From assembly GCA_951406725.2 (NCBI GenBank), contig OX597814.1:223448001-223512000 (forward strand): a DNA stretch of 64,000 bases. The letters run 5' to 3'. Source of the stretch: Octopus vulgaris. Its lineage: Eukaryota. The notes beneath the pieces were generated by a model. It saw only the letters and a list, made by a program, of their open reading frames with translations. It did no database searches and was not told the origin of the DNA. The position numbers were made by a program, and so were the translations under genes. Shown piece after piece: positions 40,701 through 55,257 of this stretch; positions within the stretch are counted from its first letter, which is position 1; every line of letters begins with the position of its first letter.

Positions 40701-41788
40701 AATTCCAGTCTTATTAAACCTGTTAAAAAGATTTTGCTCCTGAAAAATGAGGTCATGGAGCTCTAAAATGTGAGAGTTAAGGCCTCTGTTGGGGGTGGGC
40801 ATCTTCATGCCAACCAGAGAAGTTGAATTGTTGAGAATTTTTTAACTTGTGTCATATATCTATTGTTTGAATTTCTTTGAAATAATAAATATATGTTCAC
40901 TGGGGTTGTAAAAGAGAGCAAATCTACAGGAAACCAAAAGAAGAATGGTCACAATAAGCAGTCAGTTACCCTACCCTAGTCGTTACCACTCCCAATGTAG
41001 GATTCCTCACCATCCAGGTGACAGGCACAGCCGTAAGATGCATTACGAATCTATAGCAATTGGAAGGACGTGACCCAACTGAAATAAACATTAACAACTG
41101 TGTGACGTGACGGCTTAGGAGAAATGAAAGCTGGAGTTTGCAAATGACCACTGTACTGATATGTAACTGGACAGAATATATATACAATCTATAAATGTCT
41201 TTGATTAACCAGTCACTCATCTGGGAAGGCCTTGAAAACAATGTTACCATCTGGGGACTATGTGTGACCCAGTGATAATAAAAAGACTGAAAGGAGATGC
41301 AATCAAATAACTTTACTCAACACTTTGCAACTGAATCAAGGGAGGCAAAAATGCCTCTCATTTACTTAACAATTTATGCAGCACATTGCAGAAATCACAA
41401 TCTAAGTGTATGTCAAAGCAAACTGTTACACTGTTGTACCATTGAATTAGAAATAATGCTCATCTTCTATGCTCGGATGACCCCACAGCTTCCAAGATTA
41501 CAACTATTCGTCTTTGCTTAGATAAAATGACAAAATTATGGGCGTTAAGTCCCCATGAAGGGGTCTTTCTAACTTGTAAGAAGATGAAATTATATAAATA
41601 CTACTTCATTTGTATCTAATATCTATGGTTAAAATTTCCTCAACAGCAAAATTGTATGAATTGTCATGAGGTTTATGGCCCTTATGCAGGGAATATAATT
41701 TCCAAATTTCATAAAGATCCATTCAGTACTTTTGACTTCGTTTTGGATCATAAAAGAAATGACTAAAATTTTTCTGTTGCTTCCTTTC

Positions 41789-42102
41789 AGCACGTAAAAA
41801 GCACCATCCGAACGTGGCCGATTGCAGCGTCGCCTTGACTGGCTTCTGTACCGGTGGCACGTAAAAAGCACCAACCGATCGTTGCCGCTGCCAGCCCCCT
41901 GGCACCAGCCGGCGGCACGAAAAAAGCACCCACTACGCTCACAGAGTGGTTGGCGTTAGGAAGGGCATCCACCTGTAGAAACACTGCCAGACCAGACTGG
42001 AGCCTGGTGCAGCCTCCTGGCTTCCCAGACCCCGGTCAAACTGTCCAACCCGTGCTAGCACGGAAAACGGACGTTAAAAGATGATGATGATGATGATGAT
42101 GA
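41789..42102 (+). mobile_element. 5'-truncated SINE with internal GGCACGTAAAAAGCACC repeats and RTE-like (GAT)n tail
   Basis: Three ~17-nt repeats, then GGTTGGCGTTAGGAAGGGCATCC, ending AACCCGTGCTAGCACGGAAAACGGACGTTAAAA(GAT)n. Confidence 0.7.
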
Positions 42103-43054
42103 TTCTCCCTCTTTGTTTCTCTCTCCTTTCTCTCTCACTTTCCCCACTCTCTTACTCTTCCTTTCTCTCAGACTCTCCCTCGCTTTCTCTTACTCTCTAT
42201 CTTTATCTATCTCTCTCCCATTTATAAAACAACAAGAGATCTTGAGTAAGTTAAGAAATAAAATATTTAGAAAGATCAATCATAAATATCAGGCAGTAAC
42301 AACGGAAAGGTCTGCTTCAAGGCAGACAGCAAAACAGTAACAATTTAAAAGGGACAGACGAACTTGCGAGCTGAATAAAAATAATAAAATATTGGAAACC
42401 AAAGTTTGAAGGGATAGAATCTGAGGATAGTAGAGTCACCATGGCTGGCATTTCTTAACGACGGACAGCAACGTTTTGACAGTTTAACGGCTGGCGTAAA
42501 ATGTTGAACTTGATGTAAAAGAAAATCCCTAAACACCAAGTTTTGAAGTGATTCTTTCTCTCGACAGTAGACTCACCATGGCAAGCATTCAAAACTTCTT
42601 CATCATGGACGGCAACACATTGACGATTAAAAGGCTGGCGCAAATTTTTTAGCTTGATGTAACAGAGAATTCCTAAACACCCGCTCCTTTAAATGTTAAT
42701 CCCCTTCCAGCCCCATTTAGACCCCTTTTCACATTTTGGTTAATATAACCCGATTTCATTCGGGTCTACTGGGGCTACATTTTATAAGATGAGGAATTTT
42801 GTCCTAGAGGTCACGCCTTTCCTTTGAGGAAAAAAATAGTTGTCATGCAAACTTGCCAGCACTTTTAACATAGGTCTGCATATTTTCAGCTCAACCGACC
42901 ACATAATGCACACATTATATATATATATATATATATATATATGGTTATCCGTGTGTGTGTGTGTTAATTAATTTGGAATAATTATCAATTACACCAAGTA
43001 GTCTTCGGCATGTAAAGTCATTCGTTCTAGTATTGTTAGTATTGCTTAGTATTA

Positions 43055-43114
<60 letters not shown>

Positions 43115-43121
43115 GTGTGTG

Positions 43122-43164
<43 letters not shown>

Positions 43165-43229
43165 ATATAAACGGCGGTGCGTCAGCATGGCCGCAGCTCT
43201 GAGCTGAAACTAGAAAAAAAATGTGTGTG

Positions 43230-43575
43230 TGTGTGTTGGATTCTCTCTCATACGTGAGCGTGTGTTGGATGTGGCGATGATAATTCTCTCTATGAATGCA
43301 GAATAGGTAGGAAATAGAGTGAGTGAAAAAGTGCTGGTAAGGGACCGTGCGTGAGTGAGGAAGACAGATACATTAAAGAATGGGAGTCGACTTGTCGAAA
43401 TGGGTTTTTTGCCCTAGCGACGACACCTTTTAAGATAGGGATTTCTAAGGTAGCCCACGGGCATCGTCACCTCATTTTACATGTCCCTGTAAATTTTGGA
43501 GTCAATCCGACGGGATGTAGTGGCCTTGAAAGCGATCCAAGCGTTCGAAACGCATTTCAGTTTTATATATAGAGA
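43230..43575 (-). mobile_element. Helitron-N 5' portion
   Basis: Minus strand begins A|TCTCTATATATAAAACTG, matching the TC...TATATAAAA 5' signature also seen at 56862. Confidence 0.4.
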
Positions 43576-43612
43576 TATATATAAGGCTTGCCGCCTTGAG
43601 GCTCAGTAAATA

Positions 43613-43755
43613 TTCTTTTCTACGCTAGGCACAAGGCCCGAAATTTTGGGGGAGGGGGCAGTCAATTAGATTGACCCCAATACGTAACTGGTACTTAATT
43701 TATCGACCCCGAAAGGATGAAAGGCAAAGTCGACCTCGGCAGAATTTGAACTCAG
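43613..43755 (-). mobile_element. SINE family B fragment
   Basis: TTTATCGACCCCGAAAGGATGAAAGGCAAAGTCGACCTCGGC. Confidence 0.75.
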
Positions 43756-45734
43756 GCTCAATAAACATTATGAGTTCAAAGTGGTTGGTTTACTGTGCTG
43801 AAAAGATCTTTCAGACGACCAGCATTTCAAGCGAAGACTCAGAATCTCTTACTATCAATTGATACTTCAAAATCCGATGTGAGATTCAGAACATAGTCTG
43901 TAAATGATGCTTCAATAAAGTTCTAAAGCCGTTGTGACGTAACCAAAAGTGTCTTTAGAATTACAAGTCAGTTTCATTCAAACTAGTTTCTACAATATTC
44001 TAAACTAAAAAAAAAAGCAAAGTACACAAATACTAACAATGTTCTCAATATATTAATGCATTTTCTTTTCTTTTTTTTTTTCTGATAATTCAAATGACGT
44101 CTCCTATGTCTATATTTTATTTTCAATTTCATTGTATCTTAAGCGTAATTATCAGAGTTAAGTTTTTCACTTCTTTTCCGCGCAGACTTTCGTGATTTTT
44201 ACATCATTTCTGCCAAGACTGATCAAATAGCAGGCGAATAGTTTTTCAGCCATATTTTAAAAACATTTCATTTCAAAGATGCAGACACTTATAAATGATT
44301 TCAACTTACAGTTTTAATTTTCATTTTCTGTCTCTCTTTATAGATGATTTTTTTCATTAGTTTTATGCCCAATTTTCCATAGTTTCTAACAATTTGCTGT
44401 TGTTGACATAGCTGGAATAATCAGATATATAAACCAAATCACTGTAGACTAGCTAAAAATTAAACCACAAATAAAGCTGTTTCTCTAATTCATGTCTGCT
44501 TTATTTAGCAGCTGATTATTCAATCTGCTACCTCTTCTCTTAGAATCGATCAACAAAACGGTGAAACTGTCAGTCAGAAGACTCCTTCCCATTTTTGCTA
44601 CCCATTCTATCATGAAAAGAATGCACATATATTCTTCCTTAATCCAGAGTGAAGCTTGGTAATACTTAACTTTCAGTTCGATTCATGCTGTTTTGCAGAA
44701 AATTGATAGTTTTTACGAAACATCGAACCGTCAAAAGCACAAATATGTAAATTAGACATATATACACACTGATATATGTGTGTACGCGTGTGCATTCGTG
44801 CCTGTGTGTGCAATTTTGTCTGTATAATATTTTAAATCTCATTATTTGAGTCTGTGAACTTACTACTTTCTCTTTAGTCGCTGACTATCATGAGATTAAA
44901 ACTATAATTCTAAATACCTGCTTGCATTTACTGTACTATTTATTATGAATCTAATACTACCTGAAGTTTGTGAAGCAGCTCTTGTCATCTCTTTCTCTTA
45001 ACAAGCTTTAAACAGCAAATGAATGAAATGTTCTGGATCCATTGGACATAAAACTTCCACTTCACACCTGTCATGAACCATAATGGTGCTTTATCTGTTG
45101 TATATTGCCAAGATTGCACACGTTAGTCATATACTTTAATCAACGAGATAGACATACAAATGCTATTTAATAATCATTTATACCCAGTTGACATGAGGGC
45201 TCAGCTCAAATTTTCAGTTGATTTCCATTCATATATTATGTCTATTTAGAAGACAAAGTATCTCGAAAGAAACTTCCAGCGAATATACATACTATATGTT
45301 CTCTAAAGTTAGTTTTTTCATAAGGTTCGTATTTGCATTTGGTTTGCAAGATTCTTGCTGTGAATTCGTGTGTTGAAAGAAATGCTATTGAACCTTGGGA
45401 GGGGTATGATGCCGGTAATAAACACACGCACTGGTTCAGTCCCTTTATAGCTATTGTTCAGTATTGTTAGTGTTGTTATTTGTTTTTATATGCAAAAGTT
45501 GGACTGTGATCAGTCCTAAATTCATTTATTGATTTCTCCACATTTTACCAAAACCTAAAATTTTCATTCACTTCATTGTTCACCGGAAGACAGTTCACGG
45601 AGAAAAACAAGTAAGTTTCATTTTCTTAAATACGCATGTGCTAAAATATGAAACTTCGCTATCGAAATTAGAAAACCATAGACACAAAATACACAAATCT
45701 AAACAAAATAATACATATTCATTTATTTTATTCT

Positions 45735-46092
45735 TTTATTTGTTTCAGTCATTTGATTGCGACCATGCCGGAGCACCGCTGTTGGTCAAATAAATCGACC
45801 CGAGGACTTATTCTTTGTAAGCCTAGTACTTATTCCATCGGTAACCACACCAACATTGGTGTCAAGCGATGGTGGGGGGACAACACACAAGATACATAGA
45901 TACATACATACATGCATATATATATATTTACAACGGGATTTTTTCAGTTTCTGTATACCAAATCCACTCACAAGACTTTGGTCGGTTCGAGGCTACAGTA
46001 GAACAGACTTGGCCAAGGTGCCATGCAGTGGCAGCGAACCCGGAACTATGTGGTTGGGAAGCAAGCTTTTTACCACATGGCCATTCCAGCGC
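45735..46092 (-). mobile_element. SINE family A, diverged near-full-length copy
   Basis: Colinear with the reverse complement of 5693-6097. Confidence 0.8.
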
Positions 46093-46124
46093 ATACACAC
46101 ACGCGCGCGCGCACACACACATAT

Positions 46125-46190
<66 letters not shown>

Positions 46191-46770
46191 ACCATGCATT
46201 CAACCGGGTAAGGTAAAATTAATCAATTTATAAATTGCTATATAAAAATATATATCAGGAGTGAACAGGTACGTGTACGAGTCCAACTGTTTGCTAGAAA
46301 GAGACACTAATGTATGCAAACTCCCTAACATATTACCATTAAAATAATACGCGTCGTACTCGTGCAAATAAACGAAACAGAATCATTGAACGGTTCAATT
46401 ACATATCAATTGATTTCAAGATTAAAGGACAATCCCCCTTAATCTTGATACCAGATTTTTGAATTTATATTCTGTTTATAAGGACGAATAACGTATTTAC
46501 GGTGCGGAGATTTTTCTGTTCCACAGTTGTTTATTTTATTTGTGGTTATGTGCATCGACATGGTTATATTACGCTGATGATAGAAAAAGAGTTGAAAAAT
46601 AGTACTCGAATACCAGAGGTAGAGTAATATGCTTTATTAAAAAGCGGCAAAAATATCACAAAAACAGTTACTTAGTTTCAGGTCCCCGTAATTTTTGCTG
46701 TTTTTTGATAAAGTGTATAAATATACATATATAAATATATACATATACATATACTTATCTATATCTATCC

Positions 46771-46822
<52 letters not shown>

Positions 46823-46879
46823 CTATCTATCTATCTATGTATTTGTATGTATATATATATATATATGTGTGTGTGTTTG

Positions 46880-47157
46880 CATGAAATTAACGCGTGAGTG
46901 GTTGAGAACTCCACAGTTACGTGTACCCCTAACGTAGTTCTCAGGGAGATTCAGCGTGACACAGTGTGTGACAAGTCTGGCCCTTTGAAATACAGGTACA
47001 AGAGAAACAGGAAGAAAGAGTGAGAGAAAGTTGTGGAGAAAGAGAACAGTAGCATTCGCCACTACCTCCTGCCGGAGCCTCGTGGAGCTTTTAGGTGTTT
47101 TCGCTCAATAAACACTCAGAACGCCCGGTTTGAGAGTCGAAACCGCAATCCCACGAC
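46880..47157 (-). mobile_element. SINE related to family C with a different 5' part
   Basis: 46880-47000 is the reverse complement of 29925-30040; tRNA B-box-like GGTTTCGACTCTC near 47135. Confidence 0.65.
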
Positions 47158-47178
47158 AACACACATACATACATATAT

Positions 47179-47247
<69 letters not shown>

Positions 47248-47291
47248 AAGAAAGATATGTAGCCACAGAGATACACACGCACGTATATATA

Positions 47292-47416
<125 letters not shown>

Positions 47417-48782
47417 TACTTTTTGACTAGTTTCAACCAGGAGTGAAGCCTTGCCCACTATCACTGATGCTAATTCCGATATGCATCGAACAGAATATTC
47501 GTCATTTTTTTTCTTTTATTTGAATATACAAATAAGTAATGTTGGAAATGTCAAAAGGATTGAATGTAAACTTCAACCTTTATAAAGAACAGGATTTCAA
47601 CGTGAATTTCCTTTTGTGATCCTAACGGCTCACTGATTGAATACCGTTTGATGCTATGTAAATTCATCCTCCAAGTTTATAGCTCAATGGATTTAACAAT
47701 GCATATTTTACAAATGAAGCGAGCGAGCTCCTCAGCAGATTTTACTTAAATCACACTTAACAGCGATTCCAGCTATTCATTAGGCATTTGTTCATCGTTT
47801 ACGTTTCAGATCAAAAGATATCTGTAACTTGGTAAATTTCTACCGCGTTCAAGCGCTTAGTTTGACCTTTCTGTAAGCCAATCAGCAACAGTTGACACGT
47901 ACTTTTGCTTCTTTGTTTGCGCTGATCAAAAGAAGTAACGTTCTGCATATTATTCTGGAATCAAGTGTAAAATATCATCGCTGCGAAATGTTTATTTAAT
48001 TGTTAGTTTTATCCTTTCTTTTGGAAGAGATGTAGAAAGTGGAGAAAATCTGTGACCTCTAAATAAATAATTAGTGATTGTCACAATGATTGGCAAACTT
48101 TAATTGCTTCATTTCGATATAATAATACAATTGTTTGTCGCGGACAAGTGAACGTGTTCTGTGCAACCTTCGCTTCGTTCTAAATTGTATTCTAAGCTTA
48201 AATAATTGCTTCTATTATAGTGATTGTATTAAACATCTAATACAAACGAACAGATATTATTCTTCGTGCTGTTATATTTTTAAGCAAAATCCCATAGTGC
48301 TAGAGGTTAACTTCGAGCAAGCCAAGATTGAGATGCAGCTCAATATCCACCTGAAGTTGATTCTCTTCACTAGCACTGTTAATAACAGTGGAAATTGCAT
48401 TAACACTTAAGCCTCCACCTTTTTCAAGCCCAGCTAAAAAATAAGCCTGGATTTTGTATTTAATCAGATAACACCATAAAAAAAAACTATAAATTATTGA
48501 TGAGATTACCGACAAGCCATTTATCCCCCTTGTTCTGCAAACAGACTTCGAATTTACATAATTATCACAATGTATTTGATGCTTTCCGACTAAAGATTTA
48601 TGGAATTATTTCTACCTCATTAAGGATATTACACGAAGAAAGAAAACGTGTAGTAGACGAAAGTTTCCAGTATGTGAAGTGCAGGAACTGGTTTCTATTC
48701 ATGTATAATATCATTGAGAAAAAATTGAACTTCAAGTAAATTCATTCCCATTCCCGAAAAGAAGCTTTCTAACAAATCGATG

Positions 48783-50010
48783 TATCAGGTCATCCCATAA
48801 GTAATGTTCGGATTTCAAATAAGGAAAACATGTGACCGACTCTTACATTTTAATGAAGCCTGATCGTCAGTAAGTTTCCATGATTATCTATGACATCTTT
48901 CCAACCACTCGTAAGCTTATTACTCCCATTATTGAAAGCCTCCTTTGGTTTGGAAGAGAAGAACTCTGAAAGGTTAGTTTCGACTTCCCTAATTCTTTCG
49001 AGAGTTAATTCATCTAAATGATTCTGGTAACTACAGAACAAATGTTAATCGAATGAGCGAGGCCTGTGAGCAATTTTCTCCCAACCAAGTTCATCGATCT
49101 TCTGTGACGTGATCTTTGCAGTGTGAGGCCTTGCATTGTCCTCATGAAACACCACTCCCTTTTGATTGACTAAAGTAGACCTTCTTCAAAGCAACGGTCA
49201 TACGCTCTAATTACTGACAGTAGATTTAAGCATTGATTGCTGCATTTGTTGGTAGCACCTCAAAGTGTATGACTCCTTTGAAATCTCACCACACAGAGAG
49301 AAGAACCTTCTTCGCATGGAGTTCCATTTTAGGTTGTGTTTGGGCCTATTCTCCTTCACCAAGCCAATGGCTACGACACTTTAACATTTTGATAAAAGAC
49401 CCAATTTTAATCCCCGGTCTCCACTCTATCCAAACAGGTCGAAATGAGTCCACGAGAACGAAGAGAAGGACCGATATCCACTCGTGATTTCCGGTTGACT
49501 TCAGACAAAGCATGAGGCACACATTTTCCGAGTTTTGGGACCTTTTCCAGCTGTTGAAGATGGCTTGGACGAAGCTTGTTCGCCATTGTTCGCCAATTAT
49601 TCTACTAAAACTGCATTATGTTTTTCAAGATCTGCCAAAAGAAGCTTGTCGTCAAACTCAATTGGACGTCCTGTTCGGAACTCAACTTGAATGCTGAAAT
49701 TTCCACTTCTGAATTTTATAAACAAGCTTCAGCAAGTTCTTTCAGGCACTCTTCTCCATAAGCTGCAGAGTTCCCTTTTTAAAACTCATAAAGCATTGTG
49801 TGTATCAAATGCTCCTTAAACACTTCCATGTTTGAAGCGCTATAATTAATGAAGTTTCAATTAGTTTATCCTGCTATAATTAATGACATTTAGTTTAAAT
49901 ATGTCCAAATACATATAAACTTGGTGTCATTAGACATTCTAAAATTTTATTAAAGCTTTTACAAATTGAAAATATAGAAGTCCGGACATTAATCATGAAA
50001 TTACGTGATA
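48783..50010 (-). mobile_element. Full-length decayed mariner (DD34D) transposon, ~1.23 kb
   Basis: TIRs 48783-48812 and 49981-50010 match at 23/30 positions and end in TA. Peptides LVNQKGVVFHEDNARPHTAKITSQKIDELGWE and LSEFFSSKPKEAFNNGSNKLTSGWKDVIDNHG. Confidence 0.85.
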
Positions 50011-50189
50011 TCTGGAATAACCATAACAATGACTTACCATATATTCAATTCAGATTTTATAGCTATAACGGGTAATACTGAGAATAAAATTTTGACGCTA
50101 TGAGCAATATTAGATAATGTTACATAGGTACAACAATTGTCATTATTTGTTAATATTACAAAGCTGTTATGCAAAATAATGGATTAAAA

Positions 50190-50553
50190 GATTAGTAGAA
50201 AGCCGGCAATTTCGTGGGAGGGGTCCAGTCGATTACAATCCCAGTATTCAGCTGGTGTTTACTTTATCGACCCTGAAATGATGGAAAGTAAAGTCGACGT
50301 TGAACTCAGAAAGAAAGAACGGACGAAATGCCGCTATGCATTTTTACCTGGCTCTTATACAAAATGATAATCATTTTTTAGTATAGGCACAACGCCTGAA
50401 ATTTGGAGGGTGGGGGCTAGTCGATTACATCGACACCAGTGCGTGACTGGTACTTATTTTATCGACCCAGAAATAATGAAACGCAAAATTGACTTTGGAA
50501 GAATATGAACTCAGAAGGGATAAACCAAATACCACTAAGCAGTTTACCCGGCT
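50190..50553 (-). mobile_element. Two tandem decayed SINE family B copies
   Basis: TTTATCGACCC...ATGAAA...AAAGTCGAC...TGAACTCAGAA motif occurs twice. Confidence 0.7.
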
Positions 50554-51280
50554 CTAATGCAAAGTAATAATGAAAGGAGAACTGATTGTCAAAATATCAA
50601 CAGTATTTAAAAAAGTTACAAAAGCAAATCTTTTAGCGTGTTCAAAGAAGCAGGAAAGAATACTGCGTGTGTGTGTGTGTGGGTGTGTGTACACATTCAA
50701 AGCAGTTTGCCAACGGCCCTTCACATACAACACCCTGATAAGCTCAGTGATTACTACTAAATTCAAGCCATGACAGACTATAAGATGTAGTTGAAGCCGA
50801 GGATTTCAAATTTACGGAGACTATATTTACATATCGCCTGAGGAGACACAACTAGATCTCATAATGCAGGGAATCAGTTCCATAATCAAGCACCTGCACT
50901 CCTGTAGAACTAAGCTGTGCGGAAATAATTGTAGTGAATAAGAGATAAATGTCCAACCGTACCCCTCCAATTGTTGACTCGAATTATTTCAGTTATATAT
51001 TCATACACGACAGATGCCCAAACACAAATCTGGAAGTACATTTAAATCTACTTCTGAATAGTACAGGGTACGTGGGTACGTCTGAAGGTGGACGAGCTTT
51101 ATACTGTAATTTACTACGTTCTTAACAGAATATACCATAACAACATAAATAGATACATACATAAATGTGTATATGAGTGTGCGTATTGTGTTTGTGTGGG
51201 GGGTGTAAGTTGACCAATTGGCAGATCAAATACCACCGAGGTTAACTTTGCATATCATAATCTCGGACCCAATGTTGTGC

Positions 51281-51336
<56 letters not shown>

Positions 51337-53200
51337 TCACACTCTTCTCTCCCTTTTCTATCTGGAAGAAATCGGCATTGATCGCAACTGGAAAGGAATT
51401 GAATCGACCAAATCGAAAAGATACTTCAGACACACTACATATCACGATCATACCCCAACGTTTCCATCAGGAGTTGAGTCTATGACATCATATCCAGAGA
51501 CAAATGACCTCTCACTACAAATTCCACTCGCCATTATCACAGATTACATTTAACCAATGGATTTAGCCTACAATGTATACGACATAACTCTATTCTGTAA
51601 CTAGGTATCCATCTGTAATACTGGCGAGTAAGGCCAGATGGCTTACTTCTGTCAGATGTATATATAATACATGTGTATATATATATATATATATACTCGT
51701 ATGTATGTATTTATATATATATACATATAGATACCGTTGCGTACTCTGACTGTAAAAATGGTTTCTGACATTTGGACACGATATATTACATGAGTGCCCT
51801 AAAGGTCTTTGGTTAGTATCTCATATTGGCGCTAAACAGTTAGGGCTTGTCACTATACAAAATGACAGGGGTTTTTTTCTATTTTAACTAGGTTGCTTAT
51901 TTACATTTAACTGCCATTTTATAGTCTGAAATAGGATAATCTTGCCCGATTTTTTTCGCCCTACTCACTCTGAAAATGAAAATCTCCAGTTAATGTTTTA
52001 ATATTGCTCCACTTTTCCGACATAACATTGAAATCACTTTCAAATCACATTTAACTGTGATTTGTTCTTTTTTTTTGTTTGTTTTTTTTTCTGTTTTTAT
52101 CTTTTTTTGTTTTTTTCTAAACAAACCGCAAATTCATTGAATAAAGTGAGCTTTTAAAATAAGATGGGTTGGTCAAGGCCAAAACGCCTTTTGATCACAG
52201 TTCTGCTCTGCTACATAACAAGATGAACAATAAACACAAAGAACTGATTGTATAAGAGCGACAAAAATCAACGGCACTACTGTGTTCAGTATCAGACAAA
52301 GCTCCATCAAGTTTTATATTTAAAAAATAAAAAGAATTACGACAGCGTTGACAAAATGTTTTACCGTGATTAGCCTTGACTATTTGTGTTCTAAATTCAA
52401 ATACTGCCGAGGTCTACTTCATTTTCGTCTTTCCGTGGACAACTAAATAATCACCAATCAAATATAATCGACTGTTGTCTCACTAAAAATACCTAGTCTT
52501 GTGCCTTTATACGAGATTGAAGCTTAGATTACGAAGTGGCAGACTTGTTAGCGCGTCGAACAAAGTGTTTCGAGACATTTAAGTACAGTCCTTCAAATCT
52601 CAGTTCAAAGCCTGGCGAGATTAATTTTGCTTAATATTTCTAAAATAAATAAAATAAGTACCAGTTAAGTACAGGAGTGAATATAAACTTACAAATGCTT
52701 GGGCGAGAGAAAAAGAGTAGCATCCATACGCATTTCATGGTTTGAGAGACTGATGAGAAGGAAGAAAAAATGGTATCAGTAGGGAGAGCTAACCCGATTG
52801 TTTCAAATGGAATGCATCCCATGAAGGATACTCGAATACCAGGCAACGGTTCAACTGTATCTTGGAGAATGTGAATGGTCTCTCTGACGCACTCAAACTG
52901 CTCAGGAAAAACACAAATTACTTAGGATATGGACTTTTACATTTCCACTGTAGGTAATATATGGTATGGTGTGTATGGGATTTCACTGATTCACAGTGTG
53001 GCTTTACGACGTAACGGAGAGAGTAAAACATGGGGAGCGATAGTGGCGAAAGTTGTATGTTTGCCATTCGGTAAAGATTTGGAAGATATGGAAGTGAGTG
53101 TTAAGAAGAGAAACATGAAATGGTATTTAGCGAAACGGCAGACACACTTATACACTCGTTTCTTCCTTATATGGAAAACTAAATATTGTATACTGTTTAC

Positions 53201-53424
53201 TCTTTACACTTTACTCTTTTACTTGTTTCAGTCATTTGACTGCGGCCATGCTGGAGCACCGCCTTTAATCGAGCAACTCGACCCCAGGACTTATTCTTTT
53301 GTAAGCCCAGTACTTATTCTATCGGTCTCTTTTGCCGAACCGCTAAGTAACGGGGACATAAACACACCAGCATCGGTTGTCAAGTAATGCTAGGGGGACA
53401 AACACAGACACACAAACACACACA

Positions 53425-53463
<39 letters not shown>

Positions 53464-53625
53464 GACGAGCTTCTTTCAGTTTCCGTCTACCAAATTCACT
53501 CACAAGGCTTTGGTCGGCCCGAGGCTATAGTAGAAGACACTTGCCCAAGGTACCACGCAGTGGGACTGAACCCGGAACCATGTGGTTGGTAAACAAGCTA
53601 CTTACCACACAGCCACTCCTGCGCC
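53201..53625 (-). mobile_element. Young full-length SINE family A with 12-bp TSD
   Basis: TATACTGTTTAC at 53189-53200 and 53626-53637; highly similar to 5693-6097. Confidence 0.9.
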
Positions 53626-53666
53626 TATACTGTTTACGCTTTTTCCTTTATTACTGAGATCTTATA

Positions 53667-54085
53667 TATTTCTTTATTGCCCACAAGGGGCTAAACATAG
53701 AGGGGACAAACAAGGACAAACAAACGGATTAAATCGATTACATCGATCCTAGTGCGTAACTGGTCCTTTATTTATCGACCCCGAAAGGATGAAAGGCAAA
53801 GTCAACCTCGGCGGAATTTGAACTCAGAACGTAACGGCAGACAAAATACTTATTTCTTTACTACCCACAAGGGGTTAAACACAGAGAGAACAAACAAGGA
53901 CAGATGAACGGATTAAGTCGATGACATCGACCCCAGTGCGTATCTGGTGCTTAATTTATCGACCCCGAAAGGATGAAAAGCAAAGTCGATCTCGGCGGAA
54001 TTTGAACTCAGAATGCAGCAGCGGACGAAATACCGCTAAGCATTTCGCCCGGCGCGCTAACGTTTCTGCCAGCTTGCCGCATTTC
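53667..54085 (-). mobile_element. Dimeric SINE family B with 16-bp TSD
   Basis: Two ~185-bp units in tandem; TTACTGAGATCTTATA at 53651-53666 and 54086-54101. Confidence 0.9.
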
Positions 54086-54765
54086 TTACTGAGATCTTAT
54101 AAGTGAATTACCACCGCTGAAGCGGTCCATACTCTTGTCTATCGGATTACAGTGGATACATGAGAATTACATTACACACCAATCTTTTTCCACCAAATTT
54201 CACTCGCATTTATTTGAGTGACTGGAAACTGTATTGGAAAACACTTTCCAGGGTTATGTGCTATTGAATGCGAAATCAAATACATAGAATGCGAAGCATT
54301 AGGCCATACGATTATTGCTTTGCCTATCTGTCAATAACACCACCCACAATGTTTGGTCTCATGCTTATATAATTAATAATTATTTTTAAAAAAAAGGAAA
54401 ATAAATACTATTTTGTATAAATATTGAAACAGCTATATCATTAAAAATTAATGTATTTATGTTAAGTTAAAACAAAACAACTCTTACGCTGTATACAAAA
54501 ATAATAAAGATAAATAATAGAAACTTCCAAATTCTCAGCCAAAAAAGTTTGTGAATTGCCACGAGATATTAGATTGCATAGAGATATTGCGATAGAATAA
54601 ATTTGAAAAATATATTCTGTGGAAAAAAAAACAGATTTTATATAATGCTAAATCGTATTTTGTTACACCACATAGTATATAGAACTATGAAAGGCCGCAA
54701 TTTTATGTGACTCTGAATGAAAACATCCTTTTAAATAACATTATCAGTCTCAATATGCTTAATCG

Positions 54766-54818
<53 letters not shown>

Positions 54819-54914
54819 ATTTCAACAATTGAAGGTAAAATTAATTAATTAATCAATTTCACCAAGTATTCAGTATGCAAAGGGACCATTTAAGGCGAAT
54901 TCAAATTATTACAT

Positions 54915-55183
54915 TATATAAAAGGGCTTAGTAAAATAAATTACTTTGCCGCATACTGAACTCATTAGAAATAGCAGCTAAAAAAACTTTTTCAAAAACT
55001 ATTTCCAATACTTAAAGAAAACCTCTCTCATATAGTGTTTGCTCAATTTTTGTGAGTTGAATTGAGCAAACACTATATGAGAGAGGTTTTCTTTAAGTAT
55101 TGGAAATAGTTTTTGAAAAAGTTTTTTTAGCTGCTATTTCTAATGAGTTCAGTATGCGGCAAAGTAATTTATTTTACTAAGCC

Positions 55184-55193
<10 letters not shown>
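54915..55193. repeat. Perfect inverted repeat, 134-bp arms, 11-nt spacer
   Basis: 54915-55048 is the reverse complement of 55060-55193, including homopolymer lengths; spacer TTTGTGAGTTG. Confidence 0.95.

Positions 55194-55257
<64 letters not shown>

Noticed and set aside
41790-41930. Three GGCACGTAAAAAGCACC direct repeats with ~40-50-nt spacers (CRISPR-like look)
   Set aside because: The repeats are short, the spacers resemble each other, there are no cas genes, and the context is eukaryotic. They are internal repeats of a SINE ending in (GAT)n.
48300-48515. Non-repetitive minus-strand ORF (AGLEKGGGLSVNAIST...) after a TTTTTAG acceptor
   Set aside because: No recognisable homology and no convincing gene context.
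52690-52960. Possible LINE AP-endonuclease start (LQWKCKS...CVRET) on the minus strand
   Set aside because: The match is too short and degenerate to support a call.
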